DNA of 64,000 bases, taken from NCBI GenBank assembly GCA_963767735.1, contig CAVYES010000004.1, forward strand, positions 320,001 to 384,000, in the 5' to 3' direction. Of the stretch, positions 21,148-30,338 are shown piece by piece. Each line of letters opens with the position of its first letter. Within the stretch, counting starts at the first letter, position 1. Under the pieces are notes generated by a model that did not search any database, had not been told where the DNA came from, and was given only the letters and a program-made list of their open reading frames with translations. Source of the stretch: Candidatus Bathyarchaeota archaeon (GTDB taxonomy: Archaea; Thermoproteota; Bathyarchaeia; Bathyarchaeales; Bathycorpusculaceae). Position numbers and translations under genes: made by a program.

Positions 21148-22248
21148 CCACAAGCGCAATCTAAAAAGTTTCTATGGGTTAATGTCTTGATTGAGAGTCT
21201 CCGCGCTTATTGAGGTCGATGTGTAGTTCCCATTTGTTGTTTGGGTAGTGAATGTATCCTCTGATGTCGTTTGGATTAGCCGCATGGTGTTGACTTCTAT
21301 GAAAGTCTGCTCAGTCATATTCGAGGTCGATGTTGATGTAAATGTAGCTAAATGCGGAGTGATAGATTGCTGAGGAATTGGTGAGTTTCCAACATAGGTC
21401 AAAGATAAGTTTAGGGGTGGAGTTGGTTCTGGGGTGATTTCTGGCAGCTGCAGTTTCATGGTTGTTGATACGTCATGGCTTACTAAGTCTACTTCAAATA
21501 CCCTGAAGGTTCCAGCAGGTACAGTTAAATCCTGGAAGCCCTTGAATGTCATCGTCAGATACCCCGTTACTTCCAAGTTTGCTGAGGATAAGTTTCCTAG
21601 CAAAGATTGTTCTGGTATAGTTATGGTGTCGCCAACTTTTACTTCGGATGCACTTAGCAATTGCTCAAGATCTTGGTTGCTGTTTAACCCGTTAGAAGGA
21701 AGCTCTGCAGTTGTGTTTAGGAAGTTTAAGAATCTCTCTTCGTAGCCTGTTTTATTGATTTCTTCAGTTGTAGAGAAGCTGATGGGTCTGGTTAGGGGCA
21801 GGCTGGTTAAACCTTCAAAGGATAAAGTGACTGTATCATTAATCGTGTATGTTTGGCCGTCAAAGCTTAGTACGTCCATGATTTCTTGTCCAGTGCTGGT
21901 TGTGGTGCTGTTTTTTGGTTGCAAGTTACTGCCGCTTGGTAAATTCAATGACGTTGTAGTATCTGTGGTGTTGTAGATCATTTTTTCGCCGACGTTGTAG
22001 TTGACGTTTAACTGTATAGTTGCAGATCCCGCAGGGAGCAAAAGCGCAATAATCACGACTATGATTGCTGTCGCGGCGACTAGAGGGATAAAGAGTTTTT
22101 TGTTGAAACGTTTCTTGGTTTTAGCAGGCAGCTCCGAATGTTCTTGCGGCGTTGGTATTCCTGATTGGGTTGCGTATGAATATTGAAACATTTTAGTGCC
22201 CCAAATTCTATTTGGATGCTTTCTGCTTATAAGGTTTTAAATCAGCAA
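21148..22248 (-). repeat. Copy 2 of ~1.1-kb inverted duplication
   Basis: Reverse complement of 3812-4915. Confidence 0.95.
21172..22191 (-). CDS. Membrane-anchored hypothetical protein, copy 2
   Basis: >90% aa identity (by eye) to 3869-4891. Confidence 0.85.
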   Translation of the reverse strand: MFQYSYATQSGIPTPQEHSELPAKTKKRFNKKLFIPLVAATAIIVVIIALLLPAGSATIQLNVNYNVGEKMIYNTTDTTTSLNLPSGSNLQPKNSTTTSTGQEIMDVLSFDGQTYTINDTVTLSFEGLTSLPLTRPISFSTTEEINKTGYEERFLNFLNTTAELPSNGLNSNQDLEQLLSASEVKVGDTITIPEQSLLGNLSSANLEVTGYLTMTFKGFQDLTVPAGTFRVFEVDLVSHDVSTTMKLQLPEITPEPTPPLNLSLTYVGNSPIPQQSITPHLATFTSTSTSNMTEQTFIEVNTMRLIQTTSEDTFTTQTTNGNYTSTSISAETLNQDINP

Positions 22249-22436
22249 AACGGATCTAAGGCTCGGAAAACTATGCCTCATAAAACCAGGCGAGAAAGGT
22301 TAAACAAGAAGCGTTCTAAGCAGGTTTATCCGCAAAGTCGGAGAAACCCGCCTCAATTGATAACAAACAAAACTCATAACAGTCAATAAGAAAAAATCAT
22401 ATATCTCTACGACAATTCATCACCAAGAGTCGACTA

Positions 22437-23570
22437 ATGTACCGAACTGGTGTAGCTAACCTGCCACTTCACGGTGGAAAAGCACCTTCATGGCTTACTG
22501 TGCGCATGCGTAAGTTAGCCAAAGAAATAGCAGACATCATGATTGAGGAGCAGGGCACAGCCAAGTTTATCAAGCGCCTATCTGACCCGTATTGGTTTCA
22601 AGCGTTCGGCTGCGTCTTAGCCTACGACTGGCACAGCTCTGGAGTAACGACCGTGGTCACAGGCATCCTCAAAGGCGCATTGTCACCGGAAGAGCACGGC
22701 ATCGCTGTTTGCGGAGGAAAAGGCAAAACCTCACAGAAAACACCCAGCGACATCGCTTGGGCTGGCGCAAAGTTCGGTTTTTCTGAAGAAACAATCAAAA
22801 CGCTCACTTACAACAGCAAAATGGCTGGGAAAATAGACAACACCGCCATCCAAGCGGGATACCAGCTCTATCACCACGCTTTCTTGGTAACTAAAGATGA
22901 GAAGTGGGCAGTGATTCAGCAGGGCATGAGCGCGGAAGACCGGTCAGCGAGGCGTTACCATTGGTTATCTGACAACGTAGTTGACTTTGTTGTTGAACCA
23001 CAAAACGCCATCGTCGGAAACGTGAAACGGGAAACTGCCTTGAACATGGTGGCAAAAGACAGCGAAGCCGCCCGGAAAGCCTCAGTCGATTTAGCAAAGG
23101 AGCCCACCCGCAAACTCATGAATCTCATCAAGTCCACGGCAAAACCGCCAAACCAAACGTCCCTGCAAAATTGGCTACCCAAAACCAGCGATCCGTGGCG
23201 GCAAACCCTAACCAGCCTCAACATGCCCCGAAACATAAACTGGGACACACTAAGCCGAGTCTACGAATTCCAACCTAACAACTACGAGGAACTCTTAAGC
23301 GTAAAAGGCGTAGGACCCGCCACAGTCCGCGGCTTAGCTCTGGTAGCCGAACTGGTTTACGGCGAGAAACCCAGTTGGGAAGACCCAGTGAAATTCAGTT
23401 TCGCCTATGGGGGCAAAGACGGCGTTCCCTATCCTGTTGACCGCAAAGCATTGGATGAATCAATCGAAATCCTCAAACAATCAGTGCAGGAAGCCAAAAT
23501 CGGCGACAAAGAAAAACTGCAGTCCCTCCAAAGCCTAAGGCGGTTTGTTCCAGAGAACGCAAACTCTTAA
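22437..23570 (+). CDS. DUF763 domain protein
   Basis: LPLHGGKAP, DWHSSGVTT, GYQLYHH, FSFAYGGKDGVPYPV motifs; HhH GVGPAT. Confidence 0.9.
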   Translation: MYRTGVANLPLHGGKAPSWLTVRMRKLAKEIADIMIEEQGTAKFIKRLSDPYWFQAFGCVLAYDWHSSGVTTVVTGILKGALSPEEHGIAVCGGKGKTSQKTPSDIAWAGAKFGFSEETIKTLTYNSKMAGKIDNTAIQAGYQLYHHAFLVTKDEKWAVIQQGMSAEDRSARRYHWLSDNVVDFVVEPQNAIVGNVKRETALNMVAKDSEAARKASVDLAKEPTRKLMNLIKSTAKPPNQTSLQNWLPKTSDPWRQTLTSLNMPRNINWDTLSRVYEFQPNNYEELLSVKGVGPATVRGLALVAELVYGEKPSWEDPVKFSFAYGGKDGVPYPVDRKALDESIEILKQSVQEAKIGDKEKLQSLQSLRRFVPENANS

Positions 23571-23644
23571 AACAAGCTTTTTCTTTGAAACGAATATATT
23601 TTTATTGTTGCTGTTTCACTTATTTGCTTCGACTAGACCACGGT

Positions 23645-23817
23645 GGGGTCGTAGTCTAGACAGGTATGACGACGGGCTCCAGAAGCAAGCAACGGGTTTG
23701 CTGACCTCGCCCAGAGGAATGACGAAGTTCTGGAGCGTGTCTAGAGAAACCCGTAAAGGACCGCTTTGTGCGGTTCTTGGGTAAAGGTCGTCGGTTCAAA
23801 TCCGGCCGGCCCCACCA
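23645..23817 (+). tRNA. trnW: tRNA-Trp(CCA) with introns at 37/38 (23683-23748) and 43/44 (23755-23784), CCA encoded
   Basis: Acceptor GGGGTCG/CGGCCCC, anticodon stem ACGGG/CCCGT with CTCCAG, T arm GTCGG-TTCAAAT-CCGGC; removing both introns gives a 5-nt AGGTC variable loop. Confidence 0.92.
23683..23748 (+). ncRNA. Intron-encoded box C/D guide RNA of pre-tRNA-Trp
   Basis: Guide ACGGGTTT + CTGA targets C39 by the N+5 rule; ATGACGA C'-like box; TTCTGGAGC is complementary to the anticodon loop. Confidence 0.7.
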
Positions 23818-24495
23818 AATTAACATAAAAAAAACTATGGCCACGTGACACGTTGGCGGGGGGTCAGCTTAATTTTAGCTCATTTCGTATATGGATAATT
23901 TTTCTGGTCCATGCATTTCCGGAGAGCGTTTAAATCTTACAGACACCGAAAAACACAAGAGAAAGGCTTTATCAAAGGCGGGCTCAATTAACAAATCGAA
24001 TCCTTGATGCGTCAAATTTTGAGATACCTCAAGACGTTCTTACTTGCGCTATCTACTCAGATTAAATTTAGGGTTTCTTCTGCCTCGTTATGTGTCATAC
24101 TCACAAGCTGCACTCCCAACTTTTGGGTGAAGGGGGCGAAGACTGAAAATAGCATAGGGAGCTAACGCTCGCCCAAATATCTGGCGCAGTAGATATAGCT
24201 TCAACCTTAAAAAACTACCTCTTTGGTTAGTTACCCTCTGCTCGCCGTATCTATGATTGACGATGTAGAAAAGAAAAAGAGCGTGCGGATTCTTTCTTGC
24301 AGGTTTAACTATTTTTCGCTACTGAGCCGTGTTTGCACCCGCGCGCCAGTATTAATTTTTTTTCCTATTCCATCTGCGGTTACCAGGTGGTCCTATAAAA
24401 AAATAACCTATTAACATAATAGCAATGGTTACAACGATAATTATCACAGCTGTTACTTCAGTCGTTACTCTCACCTCCATTTTTAGTGTCTAAGT

Positions 24496-24699
24496 CTAAA
24501 TACTTCGACTTAGTGCAGCGTAATTTTTTTCGGCGTTTATTACCTCAACCTGGAACTTTTTTGGCAATGACGAAAAGTATGATTTATTAACGCCTTTTTC
24601 GCCATCCACTTCTATGGCGGTGTATTTTAGAAGAGGGTTCACATTAACAATAATGGTGTGTTTTTCAGTCTCTCCTATTTCAAACTTGGCTTTTGTCAT
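24496..24699 (-). CDS. Small hypothetical protein (possibly truncated)
   Basis: GGAGGT SD; downstream of the ABC permease; FEIGETEKHTI motif. Confidence 0.5.
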   Translation of the reverse strand: MTKAKFEIGETEKHTIIVNVNPLLKYTAIEVDGEKGVNKSYFSSLPKKFQVEVINAEKNYAALSRSI

Positions 24700-24727
24700 T
24701 TTTTTGAACCTCCCTTCTCTAACTTCG

Positions 24728-25471
24728 CTACTTCCACTTTGTTAGTATTTCCTCCCTTCGGAAAGTTGCTGTGCTAACATAGAACAGCGCTACATCAACT
24801 GCTAAAAGTATACCTGAGATTATAAGCAGGCTGTTTACGTCAAGGGTTATTATGCTTGTCTCACTGGCAAGGTATATGCCCAGGAGGGGGAAGAGGATAA
24901 AAACTCCAAAACTGCTAGCGCTGCGCACATCATTAACTCTCGAAGAAACAATCACACTGAACAAAACGCTCATTACAATGGCAACCGGCATCAGAACCAG
25001 GAGCAAAGTGGCGATGTTCCAGTTTGGAAAATAATAGTAGCCAAGCGTACTGAAAGTAGCCTCATCAATGCCCACCATGAAGACTGCTGCAGCCGCATAC
25101 ATTGCTACTAAAGTTGGAATAACTGCGGAGATGGCTTTTCCAAGCAATATTTCTCCATCAGTAAGGGGCGTTGCTAGAAGCGGTTCCAGGCTTTTCTCCA
25201 CTTTCTCCCCCACTATGCTGTAGGAGGCAATCCCTAAGGGAACGTACGCTGCTCCTATAACTAAAAAGAAGGAAAAGGAGGTGAGCAAATTTGGAAGCAC
25301 GGCCGGCGCTGCGAGTCCATGACTGCCCCTTGCTTTTACATACTCCAGTATCACCGGAAACAGTACAGAGATGACAACGGGGAAGACGATGATTGAAACC
25401 CAGACGTTTTTTACTCGCCTAAATATTTTGAAGTCCCTGGCTGCTATAATCCACGCCTTTGAGAGTCTCAT
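24728..25471 (-). CDS. ABC-2 type exporter permease
   Basis: SIVGEKVEKSLEPLLATPL...GK motif; 6 TM. Confidence 0.9.
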   Translation of the reverse strand: MRLSKAWIIAARDFKIFRRVKNVWVSIIVFPVVISVLFPVILEYVKARGSHGLAAPAVLPNLLTSFSFFLVIGAAYVPLGIASYSIVGEKVEKSLEPLLATPLTDGEILLGKAISAVIPTLVAMYAAAAVFMVGIDEATFSTLGYYYFPNWNIATLLLVLMPVAIVMSVLFSVIVSSRVNDVRSASSFGVFILFPLLGIYLASETSIITLDVNSLLIISGILLAVDVALFYVSTATFRREEILTKWK

Positions 25472-25473
25472 AT

Positions 25474-26391
25474 TTATTTCCTCACAAGTTTTAGATAGGT
25501 ATCTTCTAAAGTTGAGCCCACCACATTGATTGATCGGACATGACCGCCCGACAGCACTATAGCTTCTATAACAGGTGAGTTTTCCTTGTCTGGGTTTTCC
25601 ACGTCAAATGTTATCGTGTCGCCGCTGGTGGACAGGTTTTTGAGCGCCAGTTTTTTCAGTGCCGCCAAAACGGCATCGTTTACTTGCTGTTCCAATCCGA
25701 TAACTGTCTTCTTACCGCTAACGGACCTTTCAAGTTCTTGCGGAGTACCAATTGCCCTAAGACTCGTATTCATTATTGCTACCCTGTCGCAGATTCTCTG
25801 CGCCTCGTCGAGATTGTGAGTGTTCAGGAAGATTGTCTTCTTCTCTTTTTTTAGTTGAAGAATGAAATCTCGGACTGTTTTCGCAGCCTCAGGATCTAAA
25901 TTTGCAGTAGGCTCGTCCATGAAAAGGACCTGCGGGTCATGAATTAGCGCCCTGGCTATAGCGAGTTTTTGTTTCATGCCCTTGGAAAAGGTCCCTGCTA
26001 AATCGTTTCTCTTATCCCAAAGCCCAAGCATCTCAAGAAAACGCTTATTGTTCTCTTTTCTTTGTGCTTCCGAGCAGTCGTATATTTTTCCGTAAAAATC
26101 TATGTTGTCGTAGGCGGTCAGATTTTCAGATAACCCAACGTTGTCAGGAACTAATCCGATGATTTTGCGGATTTTAATTGAGTCTTCCTTTTTTCCTATG
26201 TCGTAGCCGCCTATGTTTGCGCTCCCACTAGTTTTTGATATTAGGCAGCAAAGCATTCTGACAGTTGTTGTTTTTCCTGCGCCATTCGGGCCCAGAAAAC
26301 CGAAGACTTCACCGTCGTTAACCTGAAGAGTAAGATTGTCTATCGCTGTTAGATCCCCAAACTTTTTTGTAAGGCCCTCAGTATCTATCAA
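25474..26391 (-). CDS. ABC transporter ATP-binding protein
   Basis: GPNGAGKTT, FSKGMKQK, DEPT, H-loop. Confidence 0.95.
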   Translation of the reverse strand: MIDTEGLTKKFGDLTAIDNLTLQVNDGEVFGFLGPNGAGKTTTVRMLCCLISKTSGSANIGGYDIGKKEDSIKIRKIIGLVPDNVGLSENLTAYDNIDFYGKIYDCSEAQRKENNKRFLEMLGLWDKRNDLAGTFSKGMKQKLAIARALIHDPQVLFMDEPTANLDPEAAKTVRDFILQLKKEKKTIFLNTHNLDEAQRICDRVAIMNTSLRAIGTPQELERSVSGKKTVIGLEQQVNDAVLAALKKLALKNLSTSGDTITFDVENPDKENSPVIEAIVLSGGHVRSINVVGSTLEDTYLKLVRK

Positions 26392-26467
26392 TGCGATTAC
26401 CCTTTGGACTAAACGTTGCCCATTGTTTGTTAGTAAGGGACTAGTGTTTTATAAATAACGTTCCACA

Positions 26468-26484
26468 GGTACAAAATTTGTACC
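26468..26484. promoter_or_regulatory. Perfect palindrome GGTACAAA-A-TTTGTACC in divergent promoter
   Basis: 8-1-8 inverted repeat between the ABC operon and the membrane protein/wHTH operon, next to TATA-like ttttataaata. Confidence 0.6.
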
Positions 26485-26543
26485 AGGAAGATAAAAGTCA
26501 AAAGAGCCGTAGCACTCAGATAATGAAATTAAGGAGCTAAAGC

Positions 26544-27215
26544 ATGGTCGAGGACGTTTCACCAGAACAAATTAAGCGGGTCGCAGAAAAAGCCCTAGTT
26601 ATAGAACAATACATACTAGAGAGGGCTTGGGGACTCTGTTATGCTGCAGTCGCCGCTGAAATTGTCCTCATACCTTTTCTGCCCTTGATTATCCTATTCC
26701 TTGGGCTTTCACCTGGCTATTTTCTTGTTGTTGCGATCGTGGTTAACACAGCGGTGAGCATTGTAGGCGCTGCCATGATTGCTTGGATTTTCAAGAAGGC
26801 TTATAACTCCATGCTTGTACGCAGAGAAATTGTGGATTCAATATGGACAAAATTGCTGAGACCTTTGTGGATAGTATTAGTTTGGACGGCCTACTATTTG
26901 CCGATTCTTGCCGCAATTTTCTTGCTGCGCCACGACTTTTTGGTTTTTAGATTCGGACTTTTGGCTACAACAGTGATTCCTCTGTTCTTTGTCCTTAAAG
27001 GTTCGTTCCCTGAGCGGCTACCACGAGAAAGTGTAGCCGTTGTGTCGGCATTAACTATTTACACGTTAGGGGGTTTTGTTGTTGCTCTCCTAAAAGCCAA
27101 TGCGGGCTTTTACCTGATTCTTTGGGTAATCTTTCTTGTCGTTCTTATCTTAGCTTCTGCACATGCCCGCAAACGGAAACCTCCCATCTCTCTGGAGGAT
27201 TCCCCAAATTGGTAA
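26544..27215 (+). CDS. Six-TM membrane protein
   Basis: Hydrophobic helices; overlaps the downstream wHTH gene. Confidence 0.8.
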   Translation: MVEDVSPEQIKRVAEKALVIEQYILERAWGLCYAAVAAEIVLIPFLPLIILFLGLSPGYFLVVAIVVNTAVSIVGAAMIAWIFKKAYNSMLVRREIVDSIWTKLLRPLWIVLVWTAYYLPILAAIFLLRHDFLVFRFGLLATTVIPLFFVLKGSFPERLPRESVAVVSALTIYTLGGFVVALLKANAGFYLILWVIFLVVLILASAHARKRKPPISLEDSPNW

Positions 27216-27550
27216 CTGACGACCAACCTAACTCCAAAACCCCTAGCGAAGAAGCAATTAAATCTTTAAGCGAGCAACTAGGCGACCCCACATTCAAATC
27301 ATCAACCAGAATACTGATTTTGATTCTGCTTGCCATGAACAAGAAGTTGACTTCTGTGGAGTTGCGTTCTTTCGTAGGGTTGGGAAAGGGCAGTTTAGAG
27401 AATCACTTGGCAAAGATGGAAGCTTCCGGTCTGATCAGAGTCCGCTCTGTTAATTCGTGGGGCGGCGTACATCAGGTAGTGGAGATAACTGAGAAGGGGT
27501 TGGAAGATTGCAGGTCGCTACTTAGAAAAATTCACAGCTTGAATGTATAA
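27209..27550 (+). CDS. Winged-helix (ArsR/MarR-like) transcriptional regulator
   Basis: TTG start after GGAGG; RILILILL...LGKGSLENHLAKMEASGLI...VVEITEKG. Confidence 0.85.
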   Translation: MVTDDQPNSKTPSEEAIKSLSEQLGDPTFKSSTRILILILLAMNKKLTSVELRSFVGLGKGSLENHLAKMEASGLIRVRSVNSWGGVHQVVEITEKGLEDCRSLLRKIHSLNV

Positions 27551-27661
27551 TAATGGAATGTCAAAAAATGGTTTAATCCATATTCATTACTAAAACGAGC
27601 AACAAGATTCCAATGAGGCGACCATATAAGTATAAATTGAGAAAAATCCAACTTTGATGGT

Positions 27662-28867
27662 CTATGCAACGGGCTTCCACCTTCTCATATTTAGTATCGA
27701 GCCAACCGTTGTCACTATATTAGTGAGGATAATCACGTAGGTTACGATGTTTAGGAAGGTGTCTGCCAGCGGCAACTGGAGGCTTACGGCGAGGACAGCG
27801 AGTGTGGCAGGGGTCAAGCCCATAGCACATGTAAACAAAATCTGCCTTCTTTCGTTGTTTAGTCCAGATTTGAAAGTTGAGATTTTCACCGCTGCAAATC
27901 TTGTTGCGAGAAGCATGACAAGAATCAGAAGACCTATCGACAGGTTGCTGACGACCAGGGCGGGGGTTATTACGAAGGTCAATCCGAGAAAGACAAAGAA
28001 CAAAGTTTCCAGAAAAAACGAAATTTCTCCTTGAAACATTTCAAGCTGTTTCTCGACAGGATCCATGTTTATTTGTCTTCTGAAAAGTTTATTCAAGAGG
28101 CGGTAGTTTCCAAGAATTATGCCGAAGATTAGGACAGCAAGAATGCCGTTGCCCCCAAGAAAAGTGCTCAAGGTGTAAGTGATCAGGACGAAACCTAAAG
28201 TTAAAACGTAAGTCAATTTCTGTTTTTGGAAACGATCCAACAGGAAAATCCAGGGCAAACTGAGGACAACTCCAGCAGCTATCCCGATTAGAAACTGCTG
28301 TGATATGCCAAAAACGATGGATAGCCATTCAATCCCAGCGCTGTGATAAATGCCTACAAAAGCAAAGAAAAACACAACGGACAAAATCGAGTTCATCGCA
28401 GACTCCATTGTAAGAAACGCAACGGCTCCCTCTGAAAGCTTCATAGCTCTTGAGAGAGGCACAACGACTGCAGCCGTAGTTTCTCCCCCAATGATTGAAG
28501 CGAGGATGAATGATGATAGAACATTCCATTTCAAGATGAAAATTCCAATAAGACCTATTAACACCATGCTCAACCCAACGTAGATTACTGTCTGAAGGAA
28601 AGCTCTGCCTCCGTTTGCAAGAACTAAACCAAAATTTAAGCCCAACCCGCCGTAAAAGAGAACCATAAACAAGGTAAATTCTGCAAAAATGGCAAGTTCC
28701 GGAATTAGCGCTTCTCTTGGAAAAAGATTCAGGACTGGGCCAAGAATGATGCCAGTCAGTATGAGAAAAATGTAAATGGGTATACCGGTTTTCTTGAAGA
28801 ATAATTCACCTGCGAAACCAATGACTATGATTCCCGCAACCAATGCAAAAATAGCGGATACATCCAT
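27662..28867 (-). CDS. CPA1/NhaP-type cation:proton antiporter
   Basis: ~12-13 TM; VLFYGGL, ESAMN, GNGILAV, FFVFLG motifs. Confidence 0.85.
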   Translation of the reverse strand: MDVSAIFALVAGIIVIGFAGELFFKKTGIPIYIFLILTGIILGPVLNLFPREALIPELAIFAEFTLFMVLFYGGLGLNFGLVLANGGRAFLQTVIYVGLSMVLIGLIGIFILKWNVLSSFILASIIGGETTAAVVVPLSRAMKLSEGAVAFLTMESAMNSILSVVFFFAFVGIYHSAGIEWLSIVFGISQQFLIGIAAGVVLSLPWIFLLDRFQKQKLTYVLTLGFVLITYTLSTFLGGNGILAVLIFGIILGNYRLLNKLFRRQINMDPVEKQLEMFQGEISFFLETLFFVFLGLTFVITPALVVSNLSIGLLILVMLLATRFAAVKISTFKSGLNNERRQILFTCAMGLTPATLAVLAVSLQLPLADTFLNIVTYVIILTNIVTTVGSILNMRRWKPVA

Positions 28868-28894
28868 CTTTTCTTACCTTCCGTCTTCAAGGGG

Positions 28895-30100
28895 TCACTG
28901 GTTTGGCTTCAGCTCTCTCTCGCTCAAGATCGCTCCAGCTGTCGTAACGATGTTCGTAAGAATTATTATGTATGTAACAATGTTCACAAATGTGTCTGAA
29001 TTTGGCAGCTGAAGGCTTAAAGCGAGAATTGCAAGCGTGGCTGGTGTAAGTCCTTGCGCGCACATGAGCCATATCTTCCTTTTCTCACTCGATAACGGTG
29101 AATTGGAAGTTGATGCGCGTGTAGCCACATATCTGACTGCGAGAAGCAACACAAGAATCACAATTGCAATTGAAAGGTTAGTGGGAATATGTGATGGGGT
29201 AATCACGAAAGTCAAGCCCAGAGAGACGAATAGTAGGCTGGTGAGTAGAAATGAAATTTCCTGTTGAAATGCTCCAAGCTGACTTTGAAGAGAATCCAAG
29301 TCCATTTTTGTTCTGAAAAATTTATTCACGAGGTAGTAGTTTCCAAAGACGATTCCGAAGACAAGCACGGCAAGTGTGCCGTTGCCCCCGAGTTCTGTTG
29401 TCAAGGAGTACGTGATTAGGATTAGTCCTAATGTCAGGACGTACGTGAACTTCAGTTTTTGAAAACGATAAAGTATAAAGATCCATGCCAGACCCAAAAT
29501 GGCGCCTAGCACTATTCCAACTGAAAACTGAGACGCGACACTAGAAAGGGCTGAGGTCAAATTAATTGGGTTCGCGTAGACATCGACAAAAGTGAAGAAA
29601 AGCACGATGAGGAAAATGGAGTTTATTTCAGCTTCTATGGTTAGGAAAGATGATGTTGCTTCCGACATTTTCATCCACCTTGAGAGAGGTACGAGAAGTG
29701 CAGCCGTTGTTTCGCCTGATATCATAGAAGCGAAGATAAACGATGGCAACGTGCCCCACTTCATAACGAAAATTCCTATCGCTCCAATCAGTATAGAGCT
29801 TAATCCAACGTAGATTACTGCTTGAATCAAAGCTCTTCCTCCATTTGCAAGAACCGCAGTGGATTTCAAGCCTAATCCACCGTAAAAAAGAACCATTAAA
29901 AGTGTCAACTCTGCAAAGGGTGCAAGCACTGAAATTAGCGATGCTCTTGGAAAAAGATTCAGGATTGGACCCAGGATTATTCCTACAAGTATGAGAAAAA
30001 TAAAGATAGGTATGCCGGTTTTCTTAAAGAAGAATTCTCCAGCGAAACCAATGACTATGATTCCCGCAACTACTGCAAAAACAATAGACGTATCCAACAT
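28895..30100 (-). CDS. CPA1/NhaP-type cation:proton antiporter (tandem paralog)
   Basis: Collinear with the neighbour; near-identical N-terminal DNA. Confidence 0.85.
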   Translation of the reverse strand: MLDTSIVFAVVAGIIVIGFAGEFFFKKTGIPIFIFLILVGIILGPILNLFPRASLISVLAPFAELTLLMVLFYGGLGLKSTAVLANGGRALIQAVIYVGLSSILIGAIGIFVMKWGTLPSFIFASMISGETTAALLVPLSRWMKMSEATSSFLTIEAEINSIFLIVLFFTFVDVYANPINLTSALSSVASQFSVGIVLGAILGLAWIFILYRFQKLKFTYVLTLGLILITYSLTTELGGNGTLAVLVFGIVFGNYYLVNKFFRTKMDLDSLQSQLGAFQQEISFLLTSLLFVSLGLTFVITPSHIPTNLSIAIVILVLLLAVRYVATRASTSNSPLSSEKRKIWLMCAQGLTPATLAILALSLQLPNSDTFVNIVTYIIILTNIVTTAGAILSERELKPNQ

Positions 30101-30338
30101 ATCCGGCTCCGTCAAGTATCAAATGTAAATTTGACTATTTTTGTTTTGCCAATTGCAGAATACCAGGCACATTCTCAGGCGATTTTGACGGCGATTGCCA
30201 CGGGCATCTCATAAATATATTTAGCTCAAAAAATATCTCAGGATAGAAATATTTCTTCGAGTCGAAGCCAATACAAGAAAAAGTTCAAAGATGTTCGAGC
30301 ATGCTCTAATAGTTCAGAGCAAATACAATGAGTGGAAA

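Noticed and set aside
3869-22191. Diversity-generating retroelement TR/VR pair
   Set aside because: Differences are not adenine-specific, the whole gene and promoter are duplicated, and there is no reverse transcriptase
23545-23844. ORFs overlapping the tRNA, and the many antisense/shadow ORFs in the track
   Set aside because: They overlap well-supported genes and lack independent motifs
23800-24500. Provirus or integrative element at tRNA-Trp
   Set aside because: No integrase and no exact copy of the tRNA-Trp 3' end in the window; only degraded, stop-interrupted ORF-like DNA follows
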